Below are positions 59,451-64,000 of a DNA stretch of 64,000 nucleotides, piece after piece. A program made the position numbers and the translations under genes. Source of the DNA: Eledone cirrhosa (lineage: Eukaryota); the NCBI GenBank assembly GCA_964016885.1, contig OZ024742.1:102052001-102116000 (forward strand). The letters are read 5' to 3'. Position 1 is the first letter of the stretch; each line of letters begins with the position of its first letter. Below the pieces are notes generated by a model that saw nothing but the letters and a program-made list of their open reading frames with translations, was not told where the DNA came from and did not search any database.

Positions 59451-60403
59451 TTATTAGACACCTGGGCTGATACTGGTGCTGGAGCTGGTTCTGGTTCTGG
59501 TTACATAAAGCAGCCTTCATAAAATGCCCACCTCCTCTCACATTTCTAATATAATACTGAACATTAGAATAGGGAACACTTCCGTCCCTATTCTATATTT
59601 TCACTTCCATTTGTTTCGTCTCAATAGCCAGCTATCTACAGGATCTTAATGTGCAACTCGGTAGCTTCTATTACATCTATGAAACTGTAAACCGTTCTTT
59701 CCTATCTCGGTTCCACCCCAAACAACTTTGCTTTCTTTTCCGAGCGAACGAGAGAACTTTCACGTGGTCGCTGGAATAGCCAGAAGCAGCAATCAAACTC
59801 TACAATCTTAACTTCCTACAATCTTAAAAAAAGGAAGGATGCATTAGACAATATAATCGGGAAGCTAAGACGTGATGGTCACAGCTGGAATGTTGTTGAT
59901 CAAAAGTTTGCTCGATCAAAGCTGACTTGGCCTAACAAACGACCGGAACCTCTTCTTTTTCAGCCCTTAAACCTCAAGACATTTCAGAAGACACTGACGT
60001 CCTTACAAGACTATAAAAGGGCAGTTCTGCCGGTACTGTGGCCCGGGGGCCGGAAAGCCAAAGGAGGGCCAGCGAATATCTGATCCCCTTCCTCCTATAA
60101 AAATGAAAACCTCTGACTTCTTATAAATTTTGAGAGGAGCTCCTTGCCGTTGCTTGGAGTCTGAAAGCAGTTTTGTTTGAATTGTAAAATAGCACTCTAC
60201 CAATAGTTGAGATCTCGAAAATATCCTGCAATGAGGACATGACAACTCAGTCTATATCAACGGCAGCAGGGTTAAGAGGTTTTATTCACAATCACGGGTT
60301 TGATCACTACTACTCCACCAGGAGTTAAGGGTCCGTTACTTTATCTATAAATATATGTATATATGTATCTATGCCCCCCTCTCTCCCTGCCACCCTCTCT
60401 CTC

Positions 60404-60542
<139 letters not shown>

Positions 60543-60778
60543 GGGTGGATTACCGATGGATATCGGAAGGTGACCAAAATTAAAAAAGGTACTCAATACG
60601 TCGGTAGAGTGTAGGTATCTTTATTTTATATAGAAATGATTTCTACAGGACTACAACTGTCTCATTCGTATGAAATCATCAGAAGATTACTGGTCATTTC
60701 CTACGAATGAAACAGTTCTAGTCCTGTAGAACTCATTTCTATATAAAATAAAGTTATATATATATATATATATATATA

Positions 60779-60861
60779 TTAAGCAAAGAATCGCTGCTTT
60801 CACCCTTAACGGGATCTTCAGAAGATCCCGTTAAGGGTGAAAGCAGCGATTCTTTGCTTAA
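60779..60861. repeat. Fold-back centred on an HHR-like core (single copy at 6083-6148)
   Basis: Axis tcttc-a-gaaga; the minus strand reads CUGAAGA-uccc guuaa gggu-GAAA-gcagc but lacks a canonical UH. Confidence 0.65.
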
Positions 60862-60964
60862 ACTTTAATGTTATTTTAATAAATATTTGCTCTACGGTTC
60901 TTATATATTTGATATCCTTATCGAGCCCTCTTTGGATTTTAGTTTTCAAATTTATTATTATTAC

Positions 60965-61009
<45 letters not shown>

Positions 61010-61123
61010 ATGTGTGTGTGTGTGTATGTATGTATATAAATATGTGTATATATAAATATATAAATATATATATGTGTGTATGTGTGTAGTGTATACGTTT
61101 ATATATATATATATATATATAAA

Positions 61124-61210
<87 letters not shown>

Positions 61211-61369
61211 CAGACGGCAGAAAAGAAAGTAAAGAAATGGAGATATTGTTTGACAGATAGATGTATAGTTATTCATCTATCTATCCATGCAACTGTTAAA
61301 CAAAGTCTTTGCTTTCATTCCTATCGTCTGAACTCTCTCTCTCACTCTCTCTCTATGTATGTACGTGTG

Positions 61370-61483
<114 letters not shown>

Positions 61484-61994
61484 TGTGTGTGTGTGTGATT
61501 AAACATGTAAGGAAACACGCATTCATAGTTTTATTATTTTTTTTGGTGGGGGTATACAAATAAAGATATAGATAAGTAGATAAATAGATGTACAGATATA
61601 CAGATAGGCAGTCTAGGAATCAAAAGCGATACCATTACACACACACACACAGACGCACATCAATTTTCTCTGTGATGTGTCCACATCAAAGGGGTGAAAC
61701 AAAACACACAAACACTTTGGAAGAGACAAACATGCAACCATTGCAGCCATGACAGCTTATTCGACGTTGGAATTGTTTGAAGTTGTGGCATCTATGCCCT
61801 GCCTTGAAGTTTCAGTGAAATATTTTCATAGAGATGTGAAGAAGAGACTGTTACAAAAATAATTAGAGGCTATTCACTCACGCCCAGCATATCAGGTCTT
61901 CGCTGGTAGTGGTGGTGATCATGAAGAATGTGCGGCGATAGTGAAAGGTCCGCAGATTTTTACTTTTATTTTGGTTTAGTTTCATTTATATATA

Positions 61995-62072
<78 letters not shown>

Positions 62073-63885
62073 TTTTATATGTATATATATATATATATAT
62101 ATACATACATACATATATATATATATAAACTCCGATAACGTTTGTGTCTGTGTGTATATGTGTGTGTATGTGTGCGTGTGTGTGTGTTGCATGTGGTCAT
62201 TGGTGCTGGAAGAAACGGTAAATGCTCAGTCTTCTTCTTCTTCTTCTTCTTCTTCTTCTTCTTCTTCTTCTTCTTCTTCTTCTTGTCGTCGTCGTCGTCG
62301 TTGTCCTTGCTTTTCTCTGTTTTGCCATACTAGCGATTGTTAGTGGAAACTTTATAGTTGCTGCTGATAATGAAAATCACAAGAGACTGTAATAGTGGCA
62401 TAATCTCTAGCGTGGTGATGACGTCATTCATGACGTATAAGGTTAGGCAGTATCGATAGAGTATAAGACGCCATGCTTTGCAGCATAGAGTTGCGGCCCT
62501 TTACGGATTCAGCCGAGGTTAACTTTGCTTTTCATCCTTACGGGATCGATAAAATAAAGTACCAGTAATGCACTGGGGTAATTGCTGGCCTTGTGCCAAA
62601 AGTAGAAACAATTATTATTATTGTTAGGGCGGTGGATTGGCAGTATCGGTAGAGTTTCGGACACCATTGCTTTGCAGCATAGAATTACGGCCGTTTACGG
62701 TCTGAGTTTAAATTCTGCCGAGATTAGTTTTGCGTTTCATCATTACGGGGCCGATAAAATAAAGCACCATTCACGAAGTAGGGTCGATTAAATCGACTTT
62801 CCCCTCTCAGAAACCATTTTCATTTTTATTGTTGTTGTGTAGTCCCAGGTTAATCCTGATTTTTGTTGTTAAGTCTGAAGGAAGGAATTGGGCCTATTAC
62901 CTTCACAGTTTACTCGCACCCCACAACACCCACTCACCCCTAGAGACCGGAGAAATTGATGCCATTGATGTTCTGTTTAAATTGTTACAGATTTACTCAT
63001 CTGGGATAGACTGGGCAGATCTACGATCAAAGGCGTTCCAACATTGACCATCTCGTCAAATGGATCTTTTGCTGGTTTCGACGATGACTATTTCAGTTCA
63101 ATCATCTAAATTACCTAATCGGTGAATTATAGGTTGAGTATTCCGCTGAAACATGTACCCTTAACATAAAAAGAATCATTGGAGCCACATGTTGCGGTAT
63201 TTGTCGCATCTTTCCTTCTGTAAAAGTTTTCCCTGTTTCTTCGTTTCCTTACTCTCGTCCAGCATTCTATTTTTCTTCTGATGATGATAGACTAACGTCC
63301 AAAACACCAGTACTCTTTTACTACAATATAAAGCCTTAAATTAATATCATCATTGTACCGTACTGTTCTCCTGTTTTTGTTTTCCTTGTTGATTTTTCGC
63401 ATACACATACACACACATACATACATACACAGACACACACGCATATATATTTGAAATACTTGTATACAGCGCTCATACTGATGCTGAGTTAGCAGTAATA
63501 GGACACAGGATAAAATACTCTTACTTTATGATACATAAAGATGTTGTATATGAATCTACATACGCCTTTACTTTGAAGCGCGCTACGTTAGTACTATCGC
63601 TAATATATATATATATAATATTATAATAGTTGTAAATCGAAGTTTCAGATGCTATACAGCAAGTGCTATTCGATTTGTTTGAGGCAATCACAAAGCACCC
63701 AATGGATCGAAAGTTAAAAACAGAGATTATGTCCAGAGTATACACAACAGTTATGAATTGTGACACTAAGAAAATCGACTATATATATATATATATATAT
63801 ATATAGTTGATAAATGAAACAATCAAAATACAGGAGACAATTTTTCCAGTCATGTTAGGTTCACACTTGGTGGAAGTGGAGGAGG

Positions 63886-63921
63886 TTTCGACGTTTCGGA
63901 CAGAAGTCTTTCTTCAGGAAA
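63886..63921 (-). ncRNA. Minimal hammerhead at a PLE-like 3' end (degenerate relative 46676-46711 plus)
   Basis: uuuc-CUGAAGA-aagac uucu gucc-GAAA-cg-UC^gaaa. Both copies share downstream gtgaacctaa...aactatata before (TA)n. Confidence 0.7.
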
Positions 63922-64000
63922 GTTCGGATATATTTATATAAATACAGACTGTATCATAAAGAACCACCGTCTTGAAGCAGACTGAAAGGCAGGTAAAAAT

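Overview
AT-rich, microsatellite-dense animal genomic DNA. The SINE and microsatellite repertoire suggests a cephalopod (octopus-like), which is inference. No host protein-coding gene is recognisable. The window is almost entirely transposable elements and repeats: Penelope-like elements (PLEs), R4/Dong-, Hero-, RTE- and CRE-like LINE remnants, tRNA-derived SINEs, Helitrons, hAT/mariner/piggyBac-type MITEs, and mini- and microsatellites. The main hidden signal is a dense set of hammerhead ribozyme (HHR) motifs, more than 20 copies from about 12 unrelated sequence families, found by hand on both strands and nearly all beside (TA)n tracts. They occur in three settings: (1) two non-coding head-to-tail arrays (310 bp x ~5.4 and 591 bp x ~3.2) with one HHR per unit, resembling retrozymes or circular-RNA-derived elements; (2) a nearly intact RT + GIY-YIG PLE at 7153-12098, a candidate autonomous partner; (3) many short fold-back or chimeric insertions. 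Most families carry their own self-complementary stem III (CGCG, CTACGTAG, TATATA, CCGG, TGCGCA, CAATTG, CACGTG, CATATG, CG), and at least two use a compensatory U3-A8 catalytic-core variant. All structures were read by eye; none was computed or tested.
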